Source: Candidatus Xenobia bacterium (GTDB lineage: Bacteria > Vulcanimicrobiota > Xenobia > Xenobiales > QWHO01). From it: a stretch of 64,000 bases of DNA. The notes below the pieces were generated by a model that saw only the letters and a program-made list of their open reading frames with translations, did not search any database and had not been told where the DNA came from. The stretch is taken from the NCBI GenBank assembly GCA_045863235.1, contig BTUM01000009.1, positions 32,001-96,000 of the forward strand, read 5' to 3'. Below are positions 1 to 8,965 of the stretch, piece after piece. The stretch's first letter is position 1; each line of letters begins with the position of its first letter. Both the position numbers and the translations under genes were made by a program.

Positions 1-1142
1 CCTCCGTGAGCCGCCGTGTCGACAGCGTCGAGCATGGCCGGGTTCTGGAGCAGGAACTCGATCGCTTTTTTCAGATCGGGCGGGCAGGCCGGATTGCCGA
101 GCATCGCCTCCAGGTCATTCTTGCCGATCAAGCCGTCCTTGCCGCCCCGGCCGGCAGCCGTGTCCAGGAAGTCGAAGTAACGCTTGAGGATGACAGAGGC
201 TCGACCGAGCGTCATCTGGCCCTCGGGGTCAGGAGTGGCATCCAGACCCGAGTACTTCTGAACCGCCGAGGTCAGGTCGTTACGACCGATCTTGCCGTCA
301 CAGTCGCCCTGGCCAGCGGCCGTCTCCAGCGCGTTGAACATCGCTGGATTGTCGAGCAGATACTTGCAGGCCTCCTTGAGCTCTTCGGAAGCGTTAGGCG
401 CTCGCCCGGAGACGATAGCTTCCAGATCAGGCTTGCCGATGATGCCGTCGCGCGAGCCAATTCCAGCGGCGGTATCCATCAGGTCGAAGTTGGCCTGCAG
501 CAAGGAGGCAGCCCGCGCCACGGTCATCGGCTGGCGCTGGGTGGGCGGCTGGGGAGGCTGGGGCGGGGCTGGGGGCTGGGGAGGCTGAGGGGGGGGCGGG
601 CATCCGCCTCCACCGTGCTGAGGAGGCTGCTGTTGGCGCTGCAGCTGCTGGAGCAGCCACATCAGTTGCTGCATCTGCTGCTGCTGTTGCTGCTGCTGCA
701 TCATCATCATCATCATGAATCCGAACTGATTCTGACTCTGCTGCATCTGCATCATCATCATCATCAACATCGGGTCCATCCCGAAGCCGCCGCCCGGGAA
801 CCCCATCTGGCCCATCGGGAAGCCCATCTGCATCCCGCCCGGGAATCCGAACAGGCTGGCCATCATATTGGGTCCAGGAGGGCCCTGCCAGGAGTACTCG
901 GCGCCCGGAATGATCCCCGGCATCTGCGGGAAGGGGCAGCAGTAGCGCACGGCCTGAATGTCACTGGTGCACTGACCGTAGTAGGCGCGGTGGGCGTGAA
1001 CCTGCTCGGCCGACATCCCCTGAACCGGGACCAGGCCCGACTCCAGCGCCTGATGAACCGCGGCCATCCGGAGAGCCTGCGCCTCGCGCATCTGGGGACT
1101 GATAACTACGCGCTGGGGTCCGAGTCCGGTGATGTCGCTCAC
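1..1142 (-). CDS. Partial (runs off window) low-complexity Met/Gln/Pro-rich protein with NolX/HrpF-like, EF-hand-like repeats
   Basis: Absent from the ORF track because it is open at the edge. GTG at 1142 with AAGGAG upstream. Manual translation: MSDITGLGPQ...poly-M/poly-Q...PPQPPQPP, then repeats DTAAGIGSRDGIIGKPDL, ETAAGQGDCDGKIGRNDL, DTAAGRGGKDGLIGKNDL and CPPDLKKAIEFLLQNPAML. Confidence 0.8.
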   Translation of the reverse strand, partial: MSDITGLGPQRVVISPQMREAQALRMAAVHQALESGLVPVQGMSAEQVHAHRAYYGQCTSDIQAVRYCCPFPQMPGIIPGAEYSWQGPPGPNMMASLFGFPGGMQMGFPMGQMGFPGGGFGMDPMLMMMMMQMQQSQNQFGFMMMMMMQQQQQQQQMQQLMWLLQQLQRQQQPPQHGGGGCPPPPQPPQPPAPPQPPQPPTQRQPMTVARAASLLQANFDLMDTAAGIGSRDGIIGKPDLEAIVSGRAPNASEELKEACKYLLDNPAMFNALETAAGQGDCDGKIGRNDLTSAVQKYSGLDATPDPEGQMTLGRASVILKRYFDFLDTAAGRGGKDGLIGKNDLEAMLGNPACPPDLKKAIEFLLQNPAMLDAVDTAAHG

Positions 1143-1182
1143 AGCTGAAGTCTCCTTTGAACCACGATTTTCTTCTGGACCT

Positions 1183-1211
1183 ATTATGCCCGACCGCTCC
1201 TTAGAAGTAAA
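1183..1211 (-). promoter_or_regulatory. Putative sigma70-type promoter for the 1142 gene
   Basis: Minus strand TTTACT-N17-CATAAT in an AT-rich intergenic region. Confidence 0.5.
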
Positions 1212-1408
1212 TAGGCAAAAGTAAACACTTTATGAACGAAAACAAAAGGAATGAAAAGGTGCACCAAATAACCCATTTAAACATAGCTTTCACAGCTAAA
1301 TATAGACATCAAAAAATGTCCATACCGACACCCGACAAGGTGCCCCGAGACAGGAATGGAACGGTCATGTTCGCCAGGGCAGGTCCGCGCTCGACCTGCT
1401 TATGAGGC

Positions 1409-2404
1409 TCAGGGCGCGGCAGTGCCCACGCAATTGCGGCCTTTCTCCTTGGCCCCGTAGAGAGCTTCGTCGGCCGCCTTCAAGAGCAGGTCGGCCCGCT
1501 CCATGCCCGGATCGGACTGGGCGACACCGAACGAGGCCGTGATCGAGCGATTGAAGCCGGGATACTCGATCGCCTCGCCTTCCAGGCCGGTGCGCAACCG
1601 CTCGGCCAGCAGCCGGCCGCCCTCCAGATCGGTGGCCGGAGAGATCACCAGAAACTCCTCGCCACCGAAGCGGCATACCTGGTCACAGCCCCGGGCCAGG
1701 CTGCGCAAGCGGGCCGCCACCTGCACCAGGACCTGGTCCCCGCATTCGTGACCGAAGCCGTCGTTGATCTGCTTGAAGTGATCCACATCGCAGATGGTGC
1801 AGGCGAAGACCTGCTCGCTGCGACGAAACAGCTCCCACAACTGGGTCACGTGCTCGAGCGCAAACCGGCGATTGGGCAGGCCGGTCAGAGCGTCGGTAAA
1901 GGCCATCTTCTCAAACTTCTTGCTCATGGCCTGAAGCTCTCGGTTGCGGATCTCGAGATCGTGGCGCAGCTCGGTCAACTCCCTCAGGTGACGCTTCTCG
2001 GCATCGCGCAGACGCTTCTTCTCCAGGCAGGCGTTCACCCGAGCGCGCAGGAGACGAGGATCGAACGGCTTGCTCAGGTAGTCCTCGGCTCCCAGCTCGA
2101 TACAGGAAGCCGCCACCGACACCTCTTCATGGCTCGAGATCACCACCACCGGAAGAGCTCCCAGCAGAGCCTTGTGACGCAGCACCTGCAGCACCTCGTG
2201 ACCATCCATCTCGGGCATGGTCAGATCGAGCAGCACCAGGTCGAACTGAGCCGCCTCGATCATCTCCAGCGCCTGACGACCATTCTCGGCCTCGTCCACC
2301 AGATGTCCCATCTCCCCCAGATGGTGCCGCAGAAGGGTCCGATTCATCAAACCGTCGTCCACTACCAGCACCTTGCCAGGCTCGAGGCTGATCTCATACT
2401 CCAC
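1409..2404 (-). CDS. Response-regulator diguanylate cyclase (REC-coiled coil-GGDEF)
   Basis: VLVVDD, DLVLLDLTMPEMDG and KPF receiver motifs; DALTGLPNRR; RGCD I-site; GGEEF. GTG 2404 is the likely start. Confidence 0.92.
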   Translation of the reverse strand: MEYEISLEPGKVLVVDDGLMNRTLLRHHLGEMGHLVDEAENGRQALEMIEAAQFDLVLLDLTMPEMDGHEVLQVLRHKALLGALPVVVISSHEEVSVAASCIELGAEDYLSKPFDPRLLRARVNACLEKKRLRDAEKRHLRELTELRHDLEIRNRELQAMSKKFEKMAFTDALTGLPNRRFALEHVTQLWELFRRSEQVFACTICDVDHFKQINDGFGHECGDQVLVQVAARLRSLARGCDQVCRFGGEEFLVISPATDLEGGRLLAERLRTGLEGEAIEYPGFNRSITASFGVAQSDPGMERADLLLKAADEALYGAKEKGRNCVGTAAP

Positions 2405-2477
2405 CTGGGGAGCTTTGCAGCCTGACAAGCCGGCTCCTCCCGGCAAGAGTCCTCGGCCCGGCGACGAACTCCTCCGC

Positions 2478-2648
2478 ATGCCCTGGTGCCCGTTCAAAGA
2501 CTGCGAGTGCTACCGCGAGTGCCCCCTTTTCGTGGCCTCGGTGGAGCGATGCCAGTTCGTGGTCAAAACCATGCAGCTCGAAGACCTGCACAAGATTGCC
2601 CTGATCGCCCTCGATCGCATGACCGAGGAGGAGGCCAGGCTCGATTGA
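2478..2648 (+). CDS. Small Cys-rich protein (56 aa)
   Basis: MPWCPFKDCECYRECPLF...C; stop overlaps the next TTG start. Confidence 0.6.
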   Translation: MPWCPFKDCECYRECPLFVASVERCQFVVKTMQLEDLHKIALIALDRMTEEEARLD

Positions 2649-2992
2649 ACGAGGAAGCGCTGGCATTCTACCGCCAGCTCGAAAACGAGATCCAGACCGC
2701 CCTGCAGGATTTGACCGTGGTCCCGCCGCGCAAGTCCAGGCCGAGCGCCGTGCTGCGCCAGAGGCTCGAGGAGCGGCTCCAAAACCAGCGCGAGATCCTG
2801 CAGCGACTCGAGGCCGGCCAGATTCAATCCGAGCAGGCGCTGCAAATGATCGTGGAAGAGCAGGCTCGAGAAGCGACTCAACCCGGAGTCTACGGAGACT
2901 ACCTCAGCCGCCTCTCCGGACACCTCAAGAAGCTCTCCGGCAAGGTTCCAGGAACGGAACCGAAAGCCGCCGAAGGGCCCGCCGATGACTGA
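2645..2992 (+). CDS. Hypothetical helical protein
   Basis: TTG start overlapping the upstream stop (TTGA), GAGGAGG upstream, coiled-coil-like composition. Confidence 0.6.
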   Translation: MNEEALAFYRQLENEIQTALQDLTVVPPRKSRPSAVLRQRLEERLQNQREILQRLEAGQIQSEQALQMIVEEQAREATQPGVYGDYLSRLSGHLKKLSGKVPGTEPKAAEGPADD

Positions 2993-3356
2993 GGTGGCTT
3001 CCGATCTTCTCACGTTTCTGCGCAATCTGGCCGACCATCTGGCTCTGGGGACTCCCCTGCCGATGGAGGAGATCCGCAACTCTCTCAACCTGGTCAAGAA
3101 CACCCTCGAGCAACTCTATGCCCAGTATGAAGCCCCCGCACCAGCCGGAGCCGAGGTCATCCGCGAGTTCATGCTGGAAGCGCTGCAGCTCTTCTACGAC
3201 GCGGTGGAGGGCATCGAGGCCTACGTCGAGACCGGGGAGCGCGACCGACTGGCCGAGTCGGTTCTCAAAGCCGAAGAGGCCAACGATATCCTCAGCTCGA
3301 TCGAGTATGTGATCGAGCAGAACAAGCAGTGGTTGAGCCAGTTCTCGGCCGGTTAA
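2985..3356 (+). CDS. Hypothetical acidic helical-bundle protein
   Basis: 123 aa ORF overlapping the previous gene, with typical codon usage. Confidence 0.75.
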   Translation: MTEVASDLLTFLRNLADHLALGTPLPMEEIRNSLNLVKNTLEQLYAQYEAPAPAGAEVIREFMLEALQLFYDAVEGIEAYVETGERDRLAESVLKAEEANDILSSIEYVIEQNKQWLSQFSAG

Positions 3357-3369
3357 TGCGCGCGTGCTC

Positions 3370-3455
3370 TGGTCTTGCACATTGACACAATCTGACGAAC
3401 GCGCCGGAACTTCGTTCCAGTGCGCTGTAAAGTGCAAGACCAAGGGCCTTGCACT
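3370..3455. promoter_or_regulatory. Palindromic operator-like sites upstream of the MerR-type regulator
   Basis: AGTGCAAG-N9-CTTGCACT at 3431-3455; TGGTCTTGCAC (3370-3380) is the exact inverse of GTGCAAGACCA (3432-3442); TTGACA at 3382. Confidence 0.5.
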
Positions 3456-3472
3456 CTAGCCGGCTCCCCTGA

Positions 3473-4423
3473 ATGGCCCGCGACTATCTGAGCCAGGACG
3501 AGCTGCTCGAGCAGGCGCGCGAGCTGGGCCTCGATCTGACAGAGCGCACTCTGAAGTTCTATACCGCTCGGGGCCTGGTGCCCCGCCCGGAGAAGAAGCC
3601 GTTCCCGGCGGCCGATGGACGGGTGGCCTACTTCCATCGCGACGTCTTGCGTCGCTTGCGCCGCATCGAGCAGCTGAAGGCCCAGGGCTTCAAGCTCGAG
3701 CAGATCCGAAAACTGCTCGAGCAAAAGGGCGGAGAGAGCCTGCGCTCCCTCGGCCCGGCCGAAGAAGACTGGCGCCGCCAGGTCGCCTTCCGCTACCTTC
3801 ACCAGCAGGCGGGGGAGGAGGGCCGCCGAGCTCGGGTCGAGTTCCTGGCCAGCGTGCTCGGCACCGACCAGGAGGAGACCCTGCAGCGGGCGGCACGCCG
3901 CTATATGACCCGCTTGTTGACCCCGCTCATCGGGGAAACCGAAGCCACCCGATATGTCGAGGAGTACTTCCTCGGACTCCCCCCTCGCGAGCTCAATCGC
4001 CGAATGGAGCTCTTTCGGCACTGGAGAGACGAAGAGAAGAAGAAGGACCGGCAGGCCTCTCCTCTGGAGCTGCTCAGGCGCATGACCTCCGACTTTCTGA
4101 TGGGACTGGTGCAGGCCCCCGCCTTCGCGGGCGAGCTGGCCAGAGTGCGCGAGAGGCTCTCGGTCCGGCGCCAGGCCGTGGCTGCCCTGACCGACGCTCC
4201 CTGGCACGAGCCCATGCTGTTGAGCATGGCCCTGGAGTCCCTCGAGCATGCCGATCAGGGCCTGAAAGCCCTGGAGCAGGCGAGCCTGGAGAAAGATTCA
4301 AAGAGCGTGGGGGCAGGATTGGAGACTTTTCAAAGAGCCACCGACCAGCTGAGCCTCATCCTGACGCTGGCTCACGACCACGCGACCCTGCTAGAGAGAG
4401 GTCAGGGGCTATACCTGCCATGA
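3473..4423 (+). CDS. MerR-family HTH protein
   Basis: LTERTLKFYTARGLVPRP...LRRIEQLKAQGFKLEQIRKLL. Confidence 0.8.
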   Translation: MARDYLSQDELLEQARELGLDLTERTLKFYTARGLVPRPEKKPFPAADGRVAYFHRDVLRRLRRIEQLKAQGFKLEQIRKLLEQKGGESLRSLGPAEEDWRRQVAFRYLHQQAGEEGRRARVEFLASVLGTDQEETLQRAARRYMTRLLTPLIGETEATRYVEEYFLGLPPRELNRRMELFRHWRDEEKKKDRQASPLELLRRMTSDFLMGLVQAPAFAGELARVRERLSVRRQAVAALTDAPWHEPMLLSMALESLEHADQGLKALEQASLEKDSKSVGAGLETFQRATDQLSLILTLAHDHATLLERGQGLYLP

Positions 4424-4446
4424 ACGGTGTGCTATAGTAGAGCTAG

Positions 4447-4731
4447 ATGTTTTCAGTGGAAATCCTCATTCATTTTCACTGCCCGCATTGCAGCTATCAG
4501 CTCAAGCGCCGTTTCCTCGACTATCTCTCCTCACGCACCACGCGCTGCCCGAGTTGCCAGGTCAAACTGGTCCACCTGGCCCGCGGCGAGACTCCCTCGC
4601 GGCACAACGTGGACATGGAAGAGATACGCCGAGCCATCGAGCGTCTTGAAGGCGACTGGGGATGCCTGATCAACGAATATCTCACGCACCAGTCGCGCGA
4701 GTGGGGCAAGGACGAGCCGGGTCTGGCCTGA
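4447..4731 (+). CDS. Small zinc-ribbon protein
   Basis: CPHC...CPSC; TATAGT 8 nt upstream of the ATG. Confidence 0.65.
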   Translation: MFSVEILIHFHCPHCSYQLKRRFLDYLSSRTTRCPSCQVKLVHLARGETPSRHNVDMEEIRRAIERLEGDWGCLINEYLTHQSREWGKDEPGLA

Positions 4732-4742
4732 CCCGGCTCGCG

Positions 4743-5411
4743 TTATTCAGGGGGCCTGGCCGGGCGATGGTTCCAGACCTCGGTATCGTCCTCATCCGCG
4801 CTTGAGCCCAGACCTGCCGCCAGGCTTCCTCCCAGGTCGCCCACCAGGTGGGAAACGCTTTCGGGCTGGCCGGTCAGAGTCACGGCCCGCCTGGGAGCCT
4901 CGAAGATGAACACGATGTCTCCGATGGCCACTTTGTCTCCATCGCTCAACACGTACTCCTGCACACGCTGACCGTTGACAAAGGTGCCGTTGCGGCTGCC
5001 CAGGTCACGCAACAGGTAGCCCTCGGCCAGGCGCACGACTTCGGCATGACGGCGCGAGACGGACTCGTTGTTGAGCATCAGGTCGCACTTGACCTCACGC
5101 CCGATGACGATCTGGTCTTTGTTCATGGGGAAGGAGGGCTTCAGACCCTCGCCGTGCGGCTTGAGCCAGGCCCAGGGCTGCCTGGGGATCTCCGGGCGGA
5201 TCAACTGCTCCTCCAGGGTCACGGGAAAGAGCGACTGTCCAACGTGATAGGAGATGGCCACAAAAACGGCCATGAAGATCAGCACGATGAAGATGCCGCC
5301 CACGGGAGGCAGCTCCATGCGCGACTCGAGAAACTGAACCGTCCACAGACCGCAGGCTCCCCCCAGGAGAAAGGAAGCCACATTGAACAGCCAGCGGCGC
5401 AAGATGGTCAC
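4743..5411 (-). CDS. Membrane-anchored FHA-domain protein
   Basis: Two N-terminal hydrophobic helices; FHA motifs IGR, VSRRHA, DLGSRNGTFVNG. Confidence 0.92.
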   Translation of the reverse strand: MTILRRWLFNVASFLLGGACGLWTVQFLESRMELPPVGGIFIVLIFMAVFVAISYHVGQSLFPVTLEEQLIRPEIPRQPWAWLKPHGEGLKPSFPMNKDQIVIGREVKCDLMLNNESVSRRHAEVVRLAEGYLLRDLGSRNGTFVNGQRVQEYVLSDGDKVAIGDIVFIFEAPRRAVTLTGQPESVSHLVGDLGGSLAAGLGSSADEDDTEVWNHRPARPPE

Positions 5412-7555
5412 GGGGCGACCTCCTCACCGCCCTGAGCCACCCACCGGCCAGCAACCGCTCGAACCATCGTCCAGGGCAAAGGAGAGGGTTTCCCGGAGCG
5501 AGTCCAGCCCAGCGTCGCTCCCCGCAGGGCGTGCAGCTTGTAATGAGAGGCGACGACCCAGAATAGAGCATCCAGGTTGCGCGCCCGAGCCAGGTCGGGG
5601 ATGTCCCGGGCCAGGCTGGCTGACAGCCACTCGCCCTGGCAGGGAGAGAAGCGAACCAGCCCCCGCGCCCCGGGATAGTTGGCGGCGGGCGGAAGAGCGG
5701 CCTCATCGCTCGCCAGGATGACCAGCGACTCGGGCGGAGCCTGCAGCGAGCCCAGATCCTGTGGACGGGCCAGCACCAGGCCACTGGCCCCGCTGAACTC
5801 GGGAGCATCCAGCCCCAGCGACTTGAGCTCGCGCTCTAGCTCAGCGCTGGCAGAGAAAACGGGACGGCTGGCCGCCAGGCGAGCGAGCTGCTCCACCGGC
5901 CAGGCCCGGTCAGGGGGCATCTGACGTGGATCCTCCTGCTCGGAGGCCTGGGCCAGGAAGAGCGGAAGCTCGCTCTTCAGTTGACCGGCATCCAGCTTGC
6001 CGGCCGGGAAGACGAGCAACACCTCGGGCGGAGGGCCGGGAGTGCGAGCGTTCACTTTGCGCGATTCGGCGCCGGCCTCCATGGAGCTCAGGCGGCGCTG
6101 GAGTTCTCCCGGCCGATAGCTGGAGAGAATCAGCACCACCGGTCGACCGCCCACACCGCCAACCCGATTGAGCTCCTCCTGGCCCTGGGCCAGGGACGCC
6201 AGGACCTCGTCGGTGCGCTCGACGGGATAGAGCACGCCGATTCGGGCGGGCTTCTTGGGGGGCGGCACGGCCAGTCCGAGGGCATTGGAATGATAGATTC
6301 TGGTCAGCGGGTCTTTCGCGTTCGACCGGGCAGCCAGGCGAAGCTGCTCGGTGGCCTGCACCAGGGAGTGACCTTCCTGGTAGAGTTGAATTCCGGCATC
6401 GCGGGGATTGCTGGGAGCCTGGCGAGGCATCAGGCTCTGCAACCAGGCCGCCAGCGACTGACGCCCCTCCTCCAGCAGAGCTGGATTGAAGCGAGCCACG
6501 GCTGCCAGGCTGCCCAGCAAGACAAGCAAGAAGAGCCACTTGAAGAGCCCGGCGGGGGAACGGCGGACCGCCGGCGGGACAGGGGGAGCAGCAGCGGGTG
6601 GAGCGCTGGCCGCGGCAAGAGCGGCAGGAGTGGCTGCGGCGACTGCCGGAGCGGCCGTCGCGGCCGCCACTGCCCGAGCTGCGTCCACAGCCGACACAGG
6701 CGAGGTCGCCTCGCCCGAGCGCACCACGCGCGTACCCCCCGCCAGCGCTCGGGCCAGAGCCTGCAGGTCGCGCTTCATGTCGATCATGGATTGGTAGCGC
6801 TGATCGGGGTCAAGCTGGGTGGAGCGCTCGATGATGCGCACCAGGTCTTCCGAAACGGATGGGTTCAGGTCGCGCACGGGGGGCAGGATGAAGGGGGTCT
6901 GGGTGGTGGTCGGGTCGCGGCCTGTGATGGCGTGGTGCAGGGTCACGCCGAGGGCGTAGACGTCGGAGCGCGGGTCGGTCTGGCCGCTGTACTGCTCGGG
7001 CGGAGCGTAGCCGGGCGAGCCGATGCGCATGGTGTCGCCCTTCTTGCTGGGATTGAAGTGACGGGCGATGCCGAAGTCGATCAGCTTGACCAGGTTGCCA
7101 GTCATCATGATGTTGGACGGCTTGACATCCCGGAAGATGATGGGATGGGGCTTACGACAGTGCAGGTAATAGAGCACGGTAGCCATCTGCTCGCCCAGCT
7201 CGGCCACCTGGCGCTCCGGCAGGGGGCCCTTGATGCGGTTGAGCATGCGACCCAGATCTTCTCCGTCCACGAACTCCATCACCAGATAGGAACGACCCTG
7301 AAAGACGAAAAAATCGTTGACTTTGGGAAGGTTGCGATGATCCAGGCTGGCCAGCAGGTGGGCCTCGCGCTCGAACAACTCGACCGCCATCCGCTGCTCG
7401 TTGGGGTCGGAATAGCGGGCCACCATCTCCTTGACCACCCAGCGGCGACCGCGAAGGTTCAGGTCGTCGCACAGGTAGATGTTGCTCATGCCTCCCTGGC
7501 CGAGCAATCGCACCACCTGATAGCGCGTCCCGATCATCGTCCCGGGCGCCAGCAT
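5408..7555 (-). CDS. Transmembrane Ser/Thr protein kinase with a C-terminal periplasmic-binding-like region
   Basis: LGQGGMS, VVKEM, FRDVKPSN, DFG, GSPGYAPPEQ; Ala/Pro linker; TM helix. Confidence 0.93.
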   Translation of the reverse strand: MLAPGTMIGTRYQVVRLLGQGGMSNIYLCDDLNLRGRRWVVKEMVARYSDPNEQRMAVELFEREAHLLASLDHRNLPKVNDFFVFQGRSYLVMEFVDGEDLGRMLNRIKGPLPERQVAELGEQMATVLYYLHCRKPHPIIFRDVKPSNIMMTGNLVKLIDFGIARHFNPSKKGDTMRIGSPGYAPPEQYSGQTDPRSDVYALGVTLHHAITGRDPTTTQTPFILPPVRDLNPSVSEDLVRIIERSTQLDPDQRYQSMIDMKRDLQALARALAGGTRVVRSGEATSPVSAVDAARAVAAATAAPAVAAATPAALAAASAPPAAAPPVPPAVRRSPAGLFKWLFLLVLLGSLAAVARFNPALLEEGRQSLAAWLQSLMPRQAPSNPRDAGIQLYQEGHSLVQATEQLRLAARSNAKDPLTRIYHSNALGLAVPPPKKPARIGVLYPVERTDEVLASLAQGQEELNRVGGVGGRPVVLILSSYRPGELQRRLSSMEAGAESRKVNARTPGPPPEVLLVFPAGKLDAGQLKSELPLFLAQASEQEDPRQMPPDRAWPVEQLARLAASRPVFSASAELERELKSLGLDAPEFSGASGLVLARPQDLGSLQAPPESLVILASDEAALPPAANYPGARGLVRFSPCQGEWLSASLARDIPDLARARNLDALFWVVASHYKLHALRGATLGWTRSGKPSPLPWTMVRAVAGRWVAQGGEEVAP

Positions 7556-7576
7556 CCGGTCAAGCCTCCTTCTGGT

Positions 7577-8578
7577 TCAGAGCGTACTGGACTGAAGCAT
7601 ATAGCGATAGATGGCCACCAGACCGCCCCCCATCAAGACGGTCAGCAGCGCACCCAGCAACCACGCCTTCAGTCGCGGAGATATTCTCTTTGTTCTCCGA
7701 ACGCCCCCCCCTGCCCCTACGAGCGGAGGGGATTTCTCCGAACGAGGGACCGGGCGCGGGGTCTTTCCCTTCTGAGACAGCGCGCCCTCCAGGGCTTTCT
7801 TGAGGTCGGCCAGGTTGGCGGGTCGATCGCGAGGCTCATTGCGTGTGCACTTCTCGATCAGGGTGCGAGTGGACTCGGAGACGCGGGGATTGAGATGGCT
7901 GATCGGAACGAGGTTAAAGGGCGACGAGCCCGGGTTGACCCCGGTCACCAGGTGATAGGTCAGCGCGCCCAGGTTGTAGACCAGAGTGCGGGCATCATAG
8001 TTCCCTTCTCCGGTGAACTGCTCGGGAGCGGCGTAGTCGGGGGGGCCAGTGCGTGCTTCCCGCTGGAACAACCGGGAGAAACCCAGGTCCACCAGCAGAA
8101 CCCGTCCCTCGGGGGTCAAGATGAGGTTGGGCAGGCTCATGTCACGCAGGACGATGGGGGCAAGTTTCTTCTTGAACAGGAAAACCATCAGCTCGCAAAG
8201 CTGCAGGGAGATGCGCAGGGCTTCATCTTCGCCGAAGGGGGCCTGGCGCTGATTGAGGATGCTCTGCAGGTCGTTCCCGGGCACGAACTCGCGGATCACG
8301 AACAGGGAGGAATCCTGGGCGAAAAAGTCCACCAGCTTGGGCAGACAGACGTGCTCGAGCTGGGACAAAAGCATGGCTTCCGCCTGGAACTGGGTGAGCA
8401 AGCGACTGCGTTCGCCGGCATCGACGCCCAGCGGTTGCATTTGCTTGATCACCCATAGCTTGCCGCGCAGGTGCTGATCTTCGGCGACGTAGACGTTGCG
8501 CAGCCGCGACTGATCCAGCACCCTGGCTATCTTGTATCGGGCCCGCAGGCTGGTCCCTACGGGCAGCACGTAAGGCAA
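7577..8578 (-). CDS. Ser/Thr kinase-like protein, probably degenerate, with a C-terminal TM helix
   Basis: VIKQ, LRDMSLPNL, DLG, YAAPEQ; no glycine-rich loop (LDQSRLRN). Confidence 0.85.
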   Translation of the reverse strand: MPYVLPVGTSLRARYKIARVLDQSRLRNVYVAEDQHLRGKLWVIKQMQPLGVDAGERSRLLTQFQAEAMLLSQLEHVCLPKLVDFFAQDSSLFVIREFVPGNDLQSILNQRQAPFGEDEALRISLQLCELMVFLFKKKLAPIVLRDMSLPNLILTPEGRVLLVDLGFSRLFQREARTGPPDYAAPEQFTGEGNYDARTLVYNLGALTYHLVTGVNPGSSPFNLVPISHLNPRVSESTRTLIEKCTRNEPRDRPANLADLKKALEGALSQKGKTPRPVPRSEKSPPLVGAGGGVRRTKRISPRLKAWLLGALLTVLMGGGLVAIYRYMLQSSTL

Positions 8579-8965
8579 ACCGGCCAGGCTCCTTCCCGAA
8601 TGCCAAAAAAGACCGCCGTGGCGTCAGAACGCCCCTTTGGCCCTCAACCCCATCCACGCCCTGTCCAAACGCGATCGCAACCACGCGACCGCGATCTCCA
8701 GTTTACCGTCGGAAACCACGCTTTCCGAGCAGTTCCCAGCGCTTCGCCCGCCCTTCTGGCTACGCTCGCAGATTTCTAGAACCTGGCTTAGAACCCTCTC
8801 CTGGCGACCCTGGAGGGCTCCTGTCCGGGGAGGATTTTCAAGCCCGGCAACAGAATCGCCCGCACGCCCTGGCCGGGAACTTCTCATGCCCGGTCAGCGT
8901 CATCAAAAAGTCCGCGGACCACCAGGGCCCGCGTCAGATGCTTTGCCACCAGGAGAGCTCAAGTC

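Noticed and set aside
6..1148. 380-aa plus-strand ORF with poly-His/poly-Leu
   Set aside because: It is the codon-aligned antisense shadow of the real minus-strand gene (CAT repeats are ATG repeats); the RBS and promoter are on the minus strand.
5981..8458. Long antisense ORFs (825 aa here; also 15667-18264, 28273-30294, 30267-32558, 50266-51993)
   Set aside because: They are shadows of motif-bearing genes on the opposite strand, expected in GC-rich DNA.
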